Assembly (NCBI RefSeq): GCF_009914755.1 | Contig: NC_060927.1 | Strand: one strand, 5' to 3' | DNA length: 64,000 nucleotides | Source of the DNA: the human T2T-CHM13v2.0 reference genome, Homo sapiens | Part shown: piece after piece, positions 26,268 to 43,480 of the stretch | Position numbering within the stretch: position 1 is the stretch's first letter | Layout: every line of letters starts with the position of its first letter | Position numbers and translations under genes: made by a program | The notes under the pieces: generated by a model | What the model saw: only the letters and a program-made list of their open reading frames with translations | The model's database searches: none | Told to the model about the DNA's origin: nothing

Positions 26268-27247
26268 CTACAAAGGAATAGGAATTAGAATGGTATTAGA
26301 CTTTTCAAGAGCAAGCCTGAAGACTGCAGACAAATGTAGTTCCTACTGAGAAGTTACTCTTCCCCTCCACTCCATTCTCAACACCCACTCCACAAATGCT
26401 GAAGAAAGGAGCTGGACGAAAATAATTTTCATCTTAGAATTCTATATTCATCCTAATCATCAACCAAAGATGAAAATAGAACAAAACATTTTTAAACATT
26501 CAAAGACTAAGAAAAGTTAGCCCCTCCACACCCTTTTATAGGAAGATCATTGAAGATATGTACAACCAAAATGAAGGAGTGAACCTGAAATGAAGACAGG
26601 ATAGTTTTCAGGAACCAGTGGATCTGAAGGAGGAACTTCCAGAGTGACAGGTAAGCATCAAGCCTAGGGAGCAGAAAGATGGAGGAACCTGTGGAGGAGG
26701 GGCTGGGAAAAAACTCCATCAAAGTGAACTTGGATGTCGGAAAATGTCAAAAGTGGAAGCTGTGATTAAAGGGTCAAAAGCATAAGGGAAAATGGCATTT
26801 GGAAATTCCATAAAAACAAACAGCCATACGAACAAGAAAATTAAACTATAATGATCATTAGCTCCACTATAAATAGGTCACAAATAATATTTATTGATTT
26901 TCAATTTTTAGAATTAACCTTTTGATAAAGCTTAAAGACTTAAATGTACTTACAAAATAAAATGAAATATCATGATCTGTATTATATAAAAGTAAAAAGA
27001 AGTGGAGAGTGCAGGGGTGCCAAGAGCCTAATTTTACAAAGTAGGGAATCTAAAAGATACTGTTTGGTAATAAAAAATTCATCAAGATGCATACTTAAGA
27101 AGTAAACTTTTAAACTATGAATGTTTATTGCAGTAAAAAGTAGAGAAACAAAAAACAAATTATATCATGTGTTCGGAGAAATTGGCATGTGAGGATATCG
27201 GAAAACTAAATTCCTATCTATTTTAGCAGAAAGTCTATGCTTTAGAT

Positions 27248-27643
27248 TGCTATACTTTAAATGTGTCCTTCCAAGTTCATGCAATGGAAATGTAATCTCC
27301 CATGCAACACTGTTGAGAGGTGGAAGCTTTAAGAAATGATTAGGTCATGAGGGCTCTGCCCTCACGAATGAATTAAAGTGATTATTTCAGGGGTGGGTGA
27401 CACAGGATAAACGTGGCCCCCTTCCCTTCTCTCCCTTGTGCATACTCTCATCCCACGTGGTGCCTTCAGCCATGTTATGATGCAGCAAGAAGGCCCTTAT
27501 GAGATAGAGCCCCTTGACCTTGAGATCTCAAACTTCCTAGGCTCCAGAACTGTGAGCCAAAAAACTTCTATTGTTTATAAGTTATTCTCATTTCTCTATA
27601 AATTATGGCATTCTGTTATAGCAGCACAAAACAGACTAAGACA
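27248..27643 (+). mobile_element. Solo ERVL-MaLR LTR (MST family)
   Basis: tgctata...gattaggtcatgagggctctgccctc...ttctgttatagcagcacaaaacagactaagaca. Confidence 0.9.
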
Positions 27644-27915
27644 CTAATAAATTAAGAAACAACAATAAAAGCCTATTTCATTGAGATTTGAAGATAACAT
27701 TCAGAATAGCTAAAAGAGAAAAAAGTAGTTGCTTTTGGGGAACAGGTTCGGGAAGTATTAATTAGAAATGTGTTACTTTTAGACAAGGCCTAACACTATT
27801 TTGATTAAAAAAAAAACAAATTTCAGAGAAAATAATATTGTAAATGTACAACGTATCAGCAACTTACCAGAGGAGTTTCTGTGGGCTGGTTTAGGAAATG
27901 AATAATTGTTTATAG

Positions 27916-28123
27916 CAGGGGTTAGCAAACTAAACCCTGCTCAGTGCCTGTTTTTGTAAATGAAGTTTTAATGGAACACAGTCACACACATTTGTTCACA
28001 TATTGTGTAAGTCTGCTTTCTGCTACAACAGTAGAGTTGAGTAGTTGCAACAGAGACCTACAGACTGCAAAACCTAAAATATTTACTATGTGGCCCTTTA
28101 TAGAAAAGGTTTACAGATCTCTG
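27916..28123 (+). mobile_element. MER58A hAT-Charlie MITE
   Basis: caggggttagcaaact...cctgtttttgtaaatgaagttttaatggaacacag...aaaatatttactatgtggccctttatagaaaaggttt. Confidence 0.85.
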
Positions 28124-28189
28124 ATTTGAAACACTAATTTTCTGGGAAAATGTTATCTATAGCCAAGCTGACTTTTTAAAAAGAGTCAA

Positions 28190-28355
28190 GCCAGATGCAG
28201 TGCTGTGCACCTGTGGCTACTCAACTCAGGAGGTTGAGTTGGCAGGATCGCTTGAGCCCAGGATTAGAGGCTGCAGGGAGCCATGATCATGCCACTGCAC
28301 TCCAGCAGGGGTGACAGAACAAGTCCCTGTCTCAAACAAACAAACACAACAAAAC
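28190..28355 (+). mobile_element. Alu monomer (FRAM/FAM or AluJ right arm)
   Basis: Single arm with ggatcgcttgagcccagg...gctgcag...atgatcatgccactgcactccagc and an (AAAC)n tail. Confidence 0.85.
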
Positions 28356-29559
28356 AGGTTCTAAGTTGGGGGCTGCCTCTCTCATGCACATATAGCTCAC
28401 CCGATGGGGACGAACATGACATGCCTCGAGACCTAGTGTCTAATGTTTTCTGACTGGGACATGTAAAAGGGGATTTGTGGGCCCCAGTTGGGTATATGCA
28501 CAAGATCCCTCTCTCCCTTTCACAATAATGGAAAAAGTCTGTCATGAGACTAGAATTCTCCTAACCTTTCAGATGACAGTAAGAACCCAGCCCTTGTCTT
28601 TTAATTGCTACATGCTGTCCAAAAAAGAGCAGCCTTTACATGCTCACATAACAATGAATTTCTGCTTGTTTCTCAATGTGGATATGAGAATGAAGCTTAT
28701 CAACATCAACATAAGTATTCAGCATTCTAGGCCAAAGACTCAGCAGCTGGGCATTCAAAGATATCCTATAGATACTTATTTTTTTAAAAAAGATAAAAAA
28801 AATTTAAAAACATAAAGAAACCAAAAAAAGCCACACTAGTCTGAATGCCATGACCTTGGTCTTTCTCATCACAATCCTTTAAATTGCCATATAACCTGGA
28901 GGTAAATCCAATTCATGGGAAGACCAAATAGGAAAGTAAGTGATAGTCTGCTAAGGAAACCATTAAAAAACAGGAGTATCCTCCCAAATGACAAGGGGTG
29001 ACTTTGCCTAAATTATGTATTAAGAATTAATATCAAACAATCATACCTCTTAGCATTAGCTAGTTCACAGTAGGTCTTTCTGCACAGAAACCACTTGACT
29101 GTCAAAAGAACTTATGCTTGTGACAAAAACTTTTATTCCATATCTGGGATTCTCAGTGGATATGAGATGTTAGAGGGTATAGAATTGTATCAGAATTTCA
29201 GGGTGGAGGGGGATATTTTTAAATGATACTGCCCCAAGTTAGTGAGAAATTGTACAGTACTGAGCACTATTATTGATTGGAGCCTGTTGCATACCTCAGG
29301 CAGGCTGATGAGGAAGCATTACACAATTCTTCTTTTTAGGGGAGAACAAGTCTTCTAGCAGGATTTCCTAATTCTTGGTATTTGGATGAAGAGTTTATAT
29401 GCAGACATTATTGGACAAAATCATGTCTAACTAGCAAAAAGAAAAAAAAAACCTAAAGGTAAACAAATTTTGAAAGTGGGATGTTAATCTATTACTTCTA
29501 GCTTTAAAATAAACTAAAACAAAAGTCATCTGAAGATATCTACCAAGACATATTTTTAA

Positions 29560-29920
29560 TGAGATCCTCCTATAAAGTGTTTATAGTTTGCTTTTTTCTA
29601 TTTACTTTGTTTTCAAATATTTCCATGTCCATAAACATAAAATTCTATATATTTTTAATATCTTCATTTAACATCCTTGTAGACAGTTTAGGCTTTTGGT
29701 CAAATTGTTTTTAGACACAGAACTCCTAGGTCAAAGGACTTATACTTTTTTAGGATATTTGATAACAGCTCTCCTAACTGATCTTCCAAGAATTATACCG
29801 ATTTGCCCTCCCACTGCAAATACATGATTGTGCCACATAGCCACCCCCTTGCCAACTCTGGCTATTGGCATCCATTTCCAATACTGCTAATTTAATGACT
29901 CTCAAAATGGTTCATAATTT
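29560..29920 (-). mobile_element. Old L1ME fragment
   Basis: gaactcctaggtcaaagg...ttataccgatttgccctcccactgcaa...ccccttgccaactctgg resembles the end of L1 ORF2 in reverse. Confidence 0.65.
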
Positions 29921-29984
29921 GGTCAGGGCTTTGAGCTGCTCTATCCAAGGCAACTATTAAGTGCACTTAACATTTTTTGACAAT

Positions 29985-30210
29985 AGCAATGACGATGATG
30001 ATGATGATGACAAATGCCTTTGTTCTAAGCATTTCACACCTATCATTTACTTAATACAGCAACCCTACATGGGGGTATTATGATCATCTCCATTTTGCAG
30101 ATGAGATGAACTGAATTACAGAGAGATTATTTAAATTGCCCAAACCTACAAAGCTAATAGGAGGTAAAACTGGGATTCAAACACATGTAGTCTGGTTCTA
30201 GACTCCTTCA
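29985..30210 (-). mobile_element. MIR SINE
   Basis: ctccattttgcagatgag...ttgcccaaacctaca...ctgggattcaaacac. Confidence 0.8.
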
Positions 30211-30654
30211 GAATCTATCTTACTCCCCCAGGTATCAGTACATACCTACTAATAGTTCATGCACCATAAAGAAAAAGATCCATCCACTCCTGCCCTCAGG
30301 AAATGTTACAGTTCTACAGTTCTATAAGTGTGAGCTAACTTGAATACAATTAGCCAAGTACTTTCCCATCTGGAATCTGTTCCCTTTTGAATTAGAATCT
30401 ATGTCTCGCACGTTCCCTCCCGGCTATGTGGCACTCATGAATGGATGGGCACCACACCCCATATCACACCAGTCAATCTGCCACATCCTTCTGCTTCACA
30501 TCTCTTGGCATGGCCTTAACCCTTGCCTAGGAACCAGATAATCATGTGAGTCTTGACTGAGACTCAACAGTTCTCACAGCTGCTGACCACTGTAGATGAG
30601 AATTTTTGAACTGGGTGAGAAAAATCTTGGGTTCTAAGAGGCAACAGAATACCC

Positions 30655-30862
30655 TGTACCAGGCTCTGGCTTCCTGGGTCCACCACTTACAAGTTATGTG
30701 TCTTTGGATCAGGCACTTAACCTCTGTGAACCTCAGTTTTTAAAATCTGTGAAGTGGAGACAATATTTACAGCTCATAGTGTGATGTAAGGAAATGTGCT
30801 AACATGCTTAGCACTGTGCCTGGCACATACTATATTGTTGGTCAATAAAAGTTATTGTTATT
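30655..30862 (+). mobile_element. MIR SINE
   Basis: cacttaacctctgtgaacctcagttt...gcttagcactgtgcctggcacata. Confidence 0.8.
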
Positions 30863-31674
30863 TACAGATGTTTCAAATCTTGGTTCCTTTTGTTATTCCT
30901 GTTGATACCAACTTGAAAATTATCATGACACTATGAAGTCTAAACTGTCTCTAAATTAAAAAAAAAAAAAACTGTATCCAAAAGAATGATCTTTCAGAGA
31001 TAAACCAAAAGATGAAATAAAAGCATCCATCACTTTAAAAGACAATGTTGATATATAACATTATATAAAATGTTCTTAATATCAGATCTATAAGCTTTAA
31101 GACTATCCTGTTACCATAAATCAGAGCTAATACTTTATTACTGATAAAGTAAAAATAGATATTTCTCTATTACTATATGTTACTATATATGCTGTTATGT
31201 TACTATAATGCTGACCATGGCTCTACAGGAATAACCTAGACAAAATCTAGAACACTCAGTAAAGCAGATGGTGCTTAGGAACCTACTGAATAAACAGTCT
31301 CAGCTACACTTTCAGTAAGTATCCCTTTGGAGAAGCTAAGGAATAATCATGTCTTTATGGAATGGCATAGTATTAAACAAAAATAGATTTTATCTATTAG
31401 TAGGAAACATTCTGGTTCAATTGAGATGGACTAGATCTAGGGTCCCCAGGTTTTGCTTGGATAGAAGTTACTTTCTATTTCTCTTTGGCCTCAAAAAAAA
31501 AAATGGCAGTCTGAAGGTAAAGCATTGTAATAGAAGAGAAGAAAGGTCGGTGACAGCCTCCCATGCCCTTTCTCATATAAAAAACCTTAAAGTTGGTGAG
31601 GAAGAGAAATGGCATTACACAGTCAACAAGCTTTGACCATATGAGACCACAATTTTTCAACTAGAAGTTTCCTC

Positions 31675-31930
31675 AGGGTAGCACAGTATATAAGAACTTT
31701 GTTTTCAAGACAGAGGTTAGTTCAATTCTGGTGCTGCTATTTATCAGCTGTGAAATCATGAGCAAGCTATTTATCTTATTTAAGTCTCAGTTTCTTAATC
31801 TACAAATGGGGATAGTAATAGAATCTACCACATAGGACTTTTGTGAGGATTAAATAAAGGAATACACTGTACATACAGTGCTTACAGGTGCTTCTTCCAC
31901 AAGGAATGGGCAGTACACTTTAAGTATTAT
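31675..31930 (+). mobile_element. MIR SINE
   Basis: tctcagtttcttaatctacaaatggggatagtaatag...ttgtgaggattaaat. Confidence 0.85.
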
Positions 31931-32099
31931 TTATATTTCTGATATCCCAACAGTTAACACTAAACCGTACCAAGTATACATTATTTTGCTCTCTCTCACA
32001 CAAATATACACATATATAAACAAGTCACACAGTCCCAACCCTGAAGGTCAACGAGGATAGTGTTTGCTACCCTTGTAGAGTACAATCTTTAAACTGTGA

Positions 32100-32270
32100 T
32101 GACAAGACAATAAATTTTCCCAACCATTTGAATGAGCTTTGGAAGTGGATTTTTTACTTGAGCTTCCAGAAAAAAAGCCCAGTCTGGCTGATGCCTTGAG
32201 TTAGCCTTATGAGCATTGAAGCAGAGAACCCAGTTGAGCCTGACTGAATTAGTAACTATAGAAATGTACA
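32100..32270 (+). mobile_element. MLT1 (D/E-like) LTR fragment
   Basis: tgaatgagctttggaagtggatt...agcttccaga...gcagagaacccagttgagcc. Confidence 0.7.
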
Positions 32271-32637
32271 CTAAGAAATGAAGGTTGATTTTGGCCAAAA
32301 AATAATAATAATAATGGTAACTGTGATAATGTGAACTGGCATCCTCTCCCCCACTTACAGCAGACTTGAGGTTAATCTAGAGAATGAATTTTGGGCTAGA
32401 AGAAATCATCCAGTCCACAATCAGTGTCTTCAATTCTAGAATCAATTGAAATATTTGCTTATCATCAAAATAACATTTTCTTCAAGGCATTAGTCCAAGA
32501 TCTGTATCCCAGCGAATCACAAAGAGGAGAAAGAAGAGCCAGCACAGAGTATTTATAGGTCACTGACTTGGTGCACAGCCAGAAGATTTTTTTTAACCAA
32601 CATTTCTGCCAAAGGAACTATCTGCAGATTCTCTTAA

Positions 32638-32949
<312 letters not shown>

Positions 32950-34346
32950 TCTTAATCGTATCTTAAAGCATTTTAAAAATAACAAATGAAACTGAAAAAG
33001 ATAAATCGAGGTATCTAAGCAGTTACACTGAACTCATTTCTGAAGCTCATGGACAAACTATGTAAAATCTCAAGAGACTGAAAACTATTTTCTATTCTCA
33101 AGATTCAAAGTAAAAACTTAGAATACAAAACTCTAAGAAAGAGAAGGCAGAATGGTGGCAGCTCCAGAGGGTGGGCAGAATCCTAATCTTACAACAGACC
33201 TGGGCAATTGCTGCTGTTAATTCTACCAGCAGAATGATGTAGGAGGGCTCCTTACAGCCTGGGCCCGCCTTATATTCTCTGCACAATCAGAGTGGAACCT
33301 GGGCACCTATTAGTCCCTTTCCATGCTATCTTCCTGTGAAGATTCTTATGAATAAGAAAACGTGACCTTTATCAAGGAATAATTTTATTCAAATTGTGTA
33401 AACTGGATATTTTCCACAGTTTCTTGTCAGGAGGTGGGCAGAGAAGTTAAATTTTATACCTACTTTAAAAAAAAAAAAAAGCCCCTCATGTAATGTTAGC
33501 AACTGACCAAATACTCCTTGGATTTCGTGTCTGGAGAGAAGGAACTAAGAAAACATACAGTTCTCTGAAATGTTTCCTGGATTCTTTCCTCTTTTTCCAC
33601 AAAAATAGAACTACTCTTTTTCTTTTTTCTTTTTTCTCTTTTGATGGGGGATGAGGATTATACAGAAGATTTGGCAACCTAAATGAACATGAGAGAAAGC
33701 CAATAGTATAACTAAAGGAAGGGGATCGCCAAAACCATTCACTTAGGGGAATTTCAAACTTTGGTGCTAAAGCTTCCAAATAATCAGCATCACCATTCAC
33801 CAAGGAGCAGAGGAGTTCGGTCTTGCTGACTGCCAGTTAAGGGCTCTGAAAAAAGACAGTCTCCTTGGCAGCCGTTCCAACCTGGCTCCTGCCCCCTGTG
33901 AACCAAGGAAAAGTGGAAATCTAATTCCATGTAGCCTGGAAGAAACCTTACAGGTCCAGGGCTGTGGAGAGGTCGGGTGAGGAACAGGAGTTCCCACCAT
34001 GCCACTAGGGTTCTGGAAGCCCTGGGAAGCTGCCAGTGGCACTGCAGCACCAGGAACTGGTTCCTAGAGAACTGCCTCAAATCAGACACACATAAGGAAG
34101 TCAGGCAGTGATGGCGCTGCATGGGAATACAAGCAGAACAATCTCCTCAGAACTACTTCGAGGGTACTGTCTCTCAGCCATCTTCCAGGTTTTCCACAAC
34201 CCACAAAGGTCTTTCAGGTGGGTATAATTTGGGGTTACTTGTTAAGATGGAGTTACAGCACAGCTTCATTGGCAAAGACAATGGGATCTCATATCTAGAA
34301 ACAAAACTTTCTGGGTTTCACCATTTGCCCGTTATCCCCTGAGAAA

Positions 34347-34510
34347 CATCAGCATCACCTGTTAACTTGCTTGGGAATGCAAATTCTCAGACCCAACCGA
34401 GACCTATGAATCTGAAACTCTGGAGGGGGGCGGCAGGGAGGAGGGCAGGAATTTGTGTCTTAGCCCCTCATTGTTAAGATTCTGATGCACACTAAAATTT
34501 GAGAACCATT
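34347..34510. mobile_element. MER5A hAT-Charlie MITE
   Basis: catcagcatcacctg...aatgcaaattctcag...gattctgatgcacactaaaatttgagaaccattg. Confidence 0.85.
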
Positions 34511-36042
34511 GAGCATTCTAGAGCAACACAATTTCATGAAAAAATAGCTTTGGAAACAGCATCTGGATATTAGGCAAAAATATGTGCCTGAATAGAAGAA
34601 ACACACTCCGTTCATAGTAGGGTTCTATTCCCCAATTTTTTAATTTAGTAGTTCTTTGTGAAAAATGTCCTCTCACATGCAGCATTTTAAAATGAGAAAT
34701 CTGGGGCCTTCTCAACCAACTTCACACCCGCTTTCCAGGGCAGCTCAAAACAAATTACTGATAAATCAACATGGGGCACTCTGAATCATCAGTCCGTCTT
34801 TAGAACTCCCCACATGGTCAGCTGAGGCATTCCATTGAGAATGCATCATGTCTTGACTTCTCTCTCTGGCCAATCCTGCCGTCATTGCATTTCTTAATAA
34901 ACCTCCTGCATGCTAAAAAAAAAATAAAAAATAAAATCAAATGAGCAATTTATTGCAAATAGCCAGTCCCAAAGAAATCCTTTTGCCTTTGTTGTTTCCC
35001 TCAAAATTGCACATTATTTAAGGGGCCTGTCTTTTACACATTTTTATTAGCACCTAGAGCAATACAAATCCTCCACAAACTCTAGCAAATATGTATTAAT
35101 ACAGTAATAAGTAATTCTAAGAGCAAGCACTCAAATTAGTAAGGTCTGGTTTCCTGTAGATTACTAAAGCAGGGAAGGAGTAAGGGGGAGAACTCAGAGA
35201 AAGCGTGCGCTGACTAAAAGACAGAAAGGAAGCAGAAAATTTATTCTGAGCAGATGCCAAGACTTTGCCACATGCTTACAGTAAGAGAAATGGAGAGCAG
35301 AGAAAATTATTTTTAAAACCTTCTTTCCTTGAGAACTAAGTTATCATAGCCCTGCTTTAAGATATTAGGTAAATACTTTTTCAATGCAAGACATAGGTGG
35401 ACCCAGAATATTAGCAAGAAATGTGCCTTAAATTATTTAAAGGATACAGACTATTTATTTTCCATGGACAGGAATCATCTGTCTTCATTCATAAAATTCA
35501 AGCTGATAATTTTTTGATAAAACTGTTTTCTTTATAAATTGTTAATAAATAAATAAATTGTTGATAATGTATCATTTCTACCCAAGACTGGAACAAACAC
35601 ATCAGCCACTTAAATTCCTCAGCAATACTTAGGCTGCTGAATTTGTTATCAGTGGTAATATATGTTAGCTTGCCTGACTTTAACTGCATCTCCTCAAAGA
35701 AAAACGTAGATGAGAAAGTAAAAGTGTAGAGGTGGTGTGGTAGAGTGGAAACTGATGAGCTTTTCCGAAGTAGAGCTGGATCCTAATGCCAGCAGCTATA
35801 TTGTTATGACTAAGTTAATTGACACTCAGGACTGTTTTCTCACCTATACAGTGAAGGCTGTGGCACAGTTTAAATGTGTTCATGTGTGTACAGTGCCTGT
35901 AAGATGATAAACACCAAATCAGTATTATTATTATTAAGAGGCACCCATTTTCATTTTAAATCAATTTATTAGATGTTAATAAAATTAACCCCTATTCCTC
36001 CATTCTGCCTTCCATTATTTGGCAGATAAGAAAGCTCTGGCC

Positions 36043-36195
36043 CAATTGTTCTCAACTCTGGCTGTATATTACAATCACTTGAAAGTTCTTGTGTGTTTTT
36101 TTAACTGCCATCTCGCCACAGAACAACTGGATCAGTGTCTGGGGCAGGCCCCAGGCCTTGGTGATTCTGATGTAGTCGGAGAGTTGAGAAATACT
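36043..36195. mobile_element. MER5-family MITE remnant
   Basis: ttgttctcaactctggctgtatattacaatcact...ggtgattctgatgt...gagttgagaaatact. Confidence 0.7.
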
Positions 36196-36720
36196 ATTCC
36201 AAATGGATTCTTTACCAAAATCACTTCGGGGCAAATTGGCTATTCTGGAATTTGATCATTTGATGGTTTGGCCTGCTCATCCTGAAGGATCAGGAGGATA
36301 CAGCCTTATCCTATCTTAGCATTCTTGGGAGATGTCTAGTACACCCTATGGCAAAATAAATACTATTCCATATTTCCTGGTTAGCCTTTGCTGGGGAGAG
36401 AGGGGAGAGGGGTATATGTCTGATGATGAGCCATTGAAGGAGAACATCTGAATTAACTAAAGATGGTGGAAGAGACAAAAGATTAGGTTAGCTATTATAC
36501 TTTAAAAACTTCTCCTTCTCCTCCTTCTTCATCCACCACTGTAACAGATATCTGAGGAGTCCCTACTATAGTACTTAGAAAACTAACTGAAAATAGGACA
36601 ATTCATGAATGCCCTGACTCGTTACATGGAAATTCAATAGGGAAGGATCTATTCAGGTATCTCTGGAAGAAGAAGGTCTTCCCATACTTCTCCACAATTT
36701 AAGTCATTTTTCATAGTCTA

Positions 36721-36990
<270 letters not shown>

Positions 36991-38148
36991 TTAGAGGCAG
37001 AAATGTCACCTTGGAGAGCAAACAGATATTTAATATTTGTTCTCAATCAACATTACCTGATACCAGTTACCAGCCAGGGTTATGCAAGGTACTTCTATTT
37101 ACACAATCTCATTTATGACACAATGTTGTAGTTTGAAGAGCTCTGTGTGCTGTTATAGTCAGGGAGTCCTCTTGTAATGATCAATTGCTACAGCAATTTA
37201 AACCTTCTTTAACTTAGGTTTATGATGCTAGAATTTTACTTTTTGTATTCATATCTGTTTTTATGGCGTACTGTTGGTAAGATGGTTTATATGATGCCAA
37301 GTCTTTGGTCAGAAAAGATGCTGCTTTCACAATGTTGTTCTCATAGAAAAACATAAATCACTTTGTGGTATTGTTTCCAAGAACATGCTAAGGCAAGTAG
37401 GGGTTTTCCCTACAGTCCTCAGGGCAAGTTCAAGATTATTCTGGGTATTATATGCTGCTGCAAATATTTCTTCCCATAGGCCAACTGAAAAACTCAAAAC
37501 AAAACAAAAACAGAAACAACAAAAAAAACCCTCAAAATTGAACAAAAATTCTCATTTTCATTGTTAAGAAAATTTTCAACTATTAGTTATGTTGTCAAGT
37601 CCTATTTTTATCATTGATTCTTTTCAAATTCAATATATCTAAAATGTGGACTCAGATGTATCTAATCAACTATTTTTGCAGCTTTTCCTTTGCTTTTAAT
37701 GCAAACTCTAGAATAAGAACATTTAAGAAGGTCACCCCAGCTGTGCACAACCTGAATCCAACAGGATTCCAACAGGATACTTGGCTTTAACTTAGAATGT
37801 TGGCTTTAACTTGGAGTAATGGCATGGAAGTCTCCTAACAATTTCCACTATGTGTTATGAATAATCTAGAACTTTACTGGAGATTTTACTCTATTTTACA
37901 GTGATATGGCTTTAAAAGACTATAAGTTTTGATTCCAAACAAATCTAGTGCAATAGCAGGTCAACTAAGGTCTTGAATTTCATTTAGTATTTTATTCGAG
38001 ATCAGTATTTACAGTACTGACAAAACTATTTAAGATCATCAAAGTCAGTGAACTCCTTCCTTTACATTTATTTGATATATAAAGGGCCAAATTGTTCAAA
38101 TGATGCTTGAAGTGAATGGTAGAACCAGGCTAGTCATTTCAAAACAGG

Positions 38149-38641
38149 ATGCTGCTATAAAGACACATGCACACGTATGTTTATTGCGGCATTATTCACA
38201 ATAGCAAAGACTTGGAACCAACCCAAATGTCCAACAATGATAGTCTGGATCAAGAAAATGTGGCACATATACGCCATGGAATACTATGCAGCCATAAAAA
38301 ATGATGAGTTCATGTCCTTTGTAGGGACATGGATGAAATTGGAAACCATCATTCTCAGTAAACTATTGCAAGAACAAAAAACCAAACACCACATATTCTC
38401 ACTCATAGGTGGGAATTGAACAATGAGATCACATGGACACAGGAAGGGGAATATCACACTCTGGGGACTGTGGTGGGGAGGGGGGAGGGGGGAGGGATAG
38501 CATTGGGAGATATACCTAATGCTAGATGACGAGTTAGTGGGTGCAGCGCACCAGCATGGCACATGTATACATATGTAACTAACCTGCACAATGTGCACAT
38601 GTACCCTAAAACTTAAAGTATAATTTAAAAAAAAAAAAAAA
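38149..38641 (+). mobile_element. 5'-truncated young L1 (L1PA2-like): ORF2 C-terminus, 3' UTR and poly-A
   Basis: The ORF encodes the L1 ORF2 end ([19 protein letters not shown]...SLIGGN*); the 3' UTR has gatgacGAGttagtggg and ttaaagtataat, i.e. non-Ta diagnostics. Confidence 0.93.
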
Positions 38642-38832
38642 GAAAATATTTGGGTGGAATGATCAGTTGAACAATCAATTAAAAGTCTGACCCACAGAAA
38701 CGAACTTTCCAGATGATCCCAGATTTCCAAGGAATACATTGGTGTTGTACTATCCACCATAAGGGCTGGTGGCATGAGGAACATTCAGGAGCCACGGACA
38801 ACAAATTATGCTGCTTCAAGAAGTCAATGGCT

Positions 38833-39130
<298 letters not shown>

Positions 39131-39891
39131 TCAATGGCTGGCAGATTTGAAGCACTAACAATATTTGGCAGTGTTTCTTGAAATAAACATTTATCTATTT
39201 GGAGAAGTAGAATGAAATGAAATCTTTTTGAAAAAAAACATTTAAAAAATTAAATTTGAATTTGACTCATAGGGATTGATCACAATTGAAGAATTTGACC
39301 TGCAGGGACGAATTGTTCAACTGATCCAATAATTTAAATTATAATGTATATGTTCTCATTCTAAGCACACTTCCGAGAGCAGCAGAAGCAGTTCAAGAGG
39401 CATAAGGGAAGCTTCACAAATAGCTCATTAGCTCAAGAAGTAGATGAAGTGGGGGTAAGAATGAAAAAATGGTGAATGTCCCAAATTGGAAGTTAGAACA
39501 CCTGGTTCTGCAAAGACTAATTGTGTGTCCTGCCTCTAAAGTAGATATTCAACCTCTCTTGGCCTTTGAAAGAACCTGTAAAAAGAGAATATGAGAATTA
39601 TGTTCTCTAAGATTCTATCATACCTTTAAAAGGCTATGGTTCTAAGTTAAATTGGAGTTTGGTTTTAATAAGGTCTTAAAAACTCTTCATCTTTCCAGTT
39701 AAAAATGTTCAGTCTCCTGTAAATGTCACTACTGATCTGATATCCTGCCATGACATTCCAGAGATGAGACAGGAAAAAATGTGACTGGCTCATATAGATT
39801 CTATTCCTATCCTCTCACTATCCTGACTTTGCCAGGAGCAGTTCAGTTCTGGAACACTTCAGAAAACATGTCTTAAACCACTAAATTTTTA

Positions 39892-40248
<357 letters not shown>

Positions 40249-40599
40249 TTAGGTCTGAGCCTAGGCTATGGTTTCCCACCTAGCTCTTCTAATACGATTC
40301 ATTTGGGCCTCAGTTTATTCCTCTGCACAGTGGAAAAAACGAATAATTTTGATGAATGGTACTAGATTTTAGTAGGGTAGGTAATGTTTTTAGGATAGAA
40401 GTAGAAGAGGATGGGAAAAACAGCTTGTAGCACTTTGGGCTCTTGAGAAGGCACGTACTACTCTAACCATCAACAGTCGATCATGCATCTTCCTGCAACT
40501 TATTATTCCCAGGTGCTCAAAAATACCTATGGTTGAATGATGATGACAAAGCAGATGTCAACATTTAAATTTGGTAAACATCTAACAGGAAGAAGTGTG

Positions 40600-40830
40600 A
40601 CATATGGGAAGAGGTTCAAATCCAAGCCAACCCAGATTTGAATCCTACCACCATCATTAACTACAGAGAGGGTTATTTGATCTAAGACAAATTACTTACC
40701 ATCTGCAAATAGGGAAATAATTTTTTCTCATTGACTCTATTTTGAGTATTAAATGACATATCACATGTTAAGGTCTCAGTAGAGTGCCTGGCACACAATA
40801 GATATGTGAGAAATGGCAATTATTATTATA
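40600..40830 (+). mobile_element. MIR SINE remnant
   Basis: gatttgaatccta...catctgcaaatagggaaataa...gagtattaaatga...agtgcctggcaca. Confidence 0.7.
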
Positions 40831-41269
40831 TGTCAAAATGAATTTTATTAAGAAAAATCAAATATGCTGAACATTAGATTCCATGTACCTGCTACTAACA
40901 TATCATGGGCTACTTTTAAGCCTCCCACAGTCATCTTTGTAATTTGCCAGAATCTTATCTTTAAGAAAAGACAATCTCTGCAGAAGATAGGTATTAAGTA
41001 TTTTTCTCTCCATCTGAAACTTCCAAATCCTCATCACCATAATGACTGAATGTACAGCACTATAAGCATGAAGCTCACATATTTATGGAGATAAGAAAAC
41101 AAGTGTGGCAAATTATAACAGACTTTATGGAACGAGTCAGTTCAATGAAAACAGCCAGATAAGTAGGAAGGAAGGAAGCATAAATCAGATATGATGAATT
41201 CCATGACAAGCCCATAGCACCAAAATGATCAACGATCTTAGTATGTTAGTTTACCCATACCATAAACAC

Positions 41270-43480
<2,211 letters not shown>

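Noticed and set aside
38460-38500. G-quadruplex-like G tract
   Set aside because: This is the standard G-rich tract of the L1 3' UTR, not specific to this locus.
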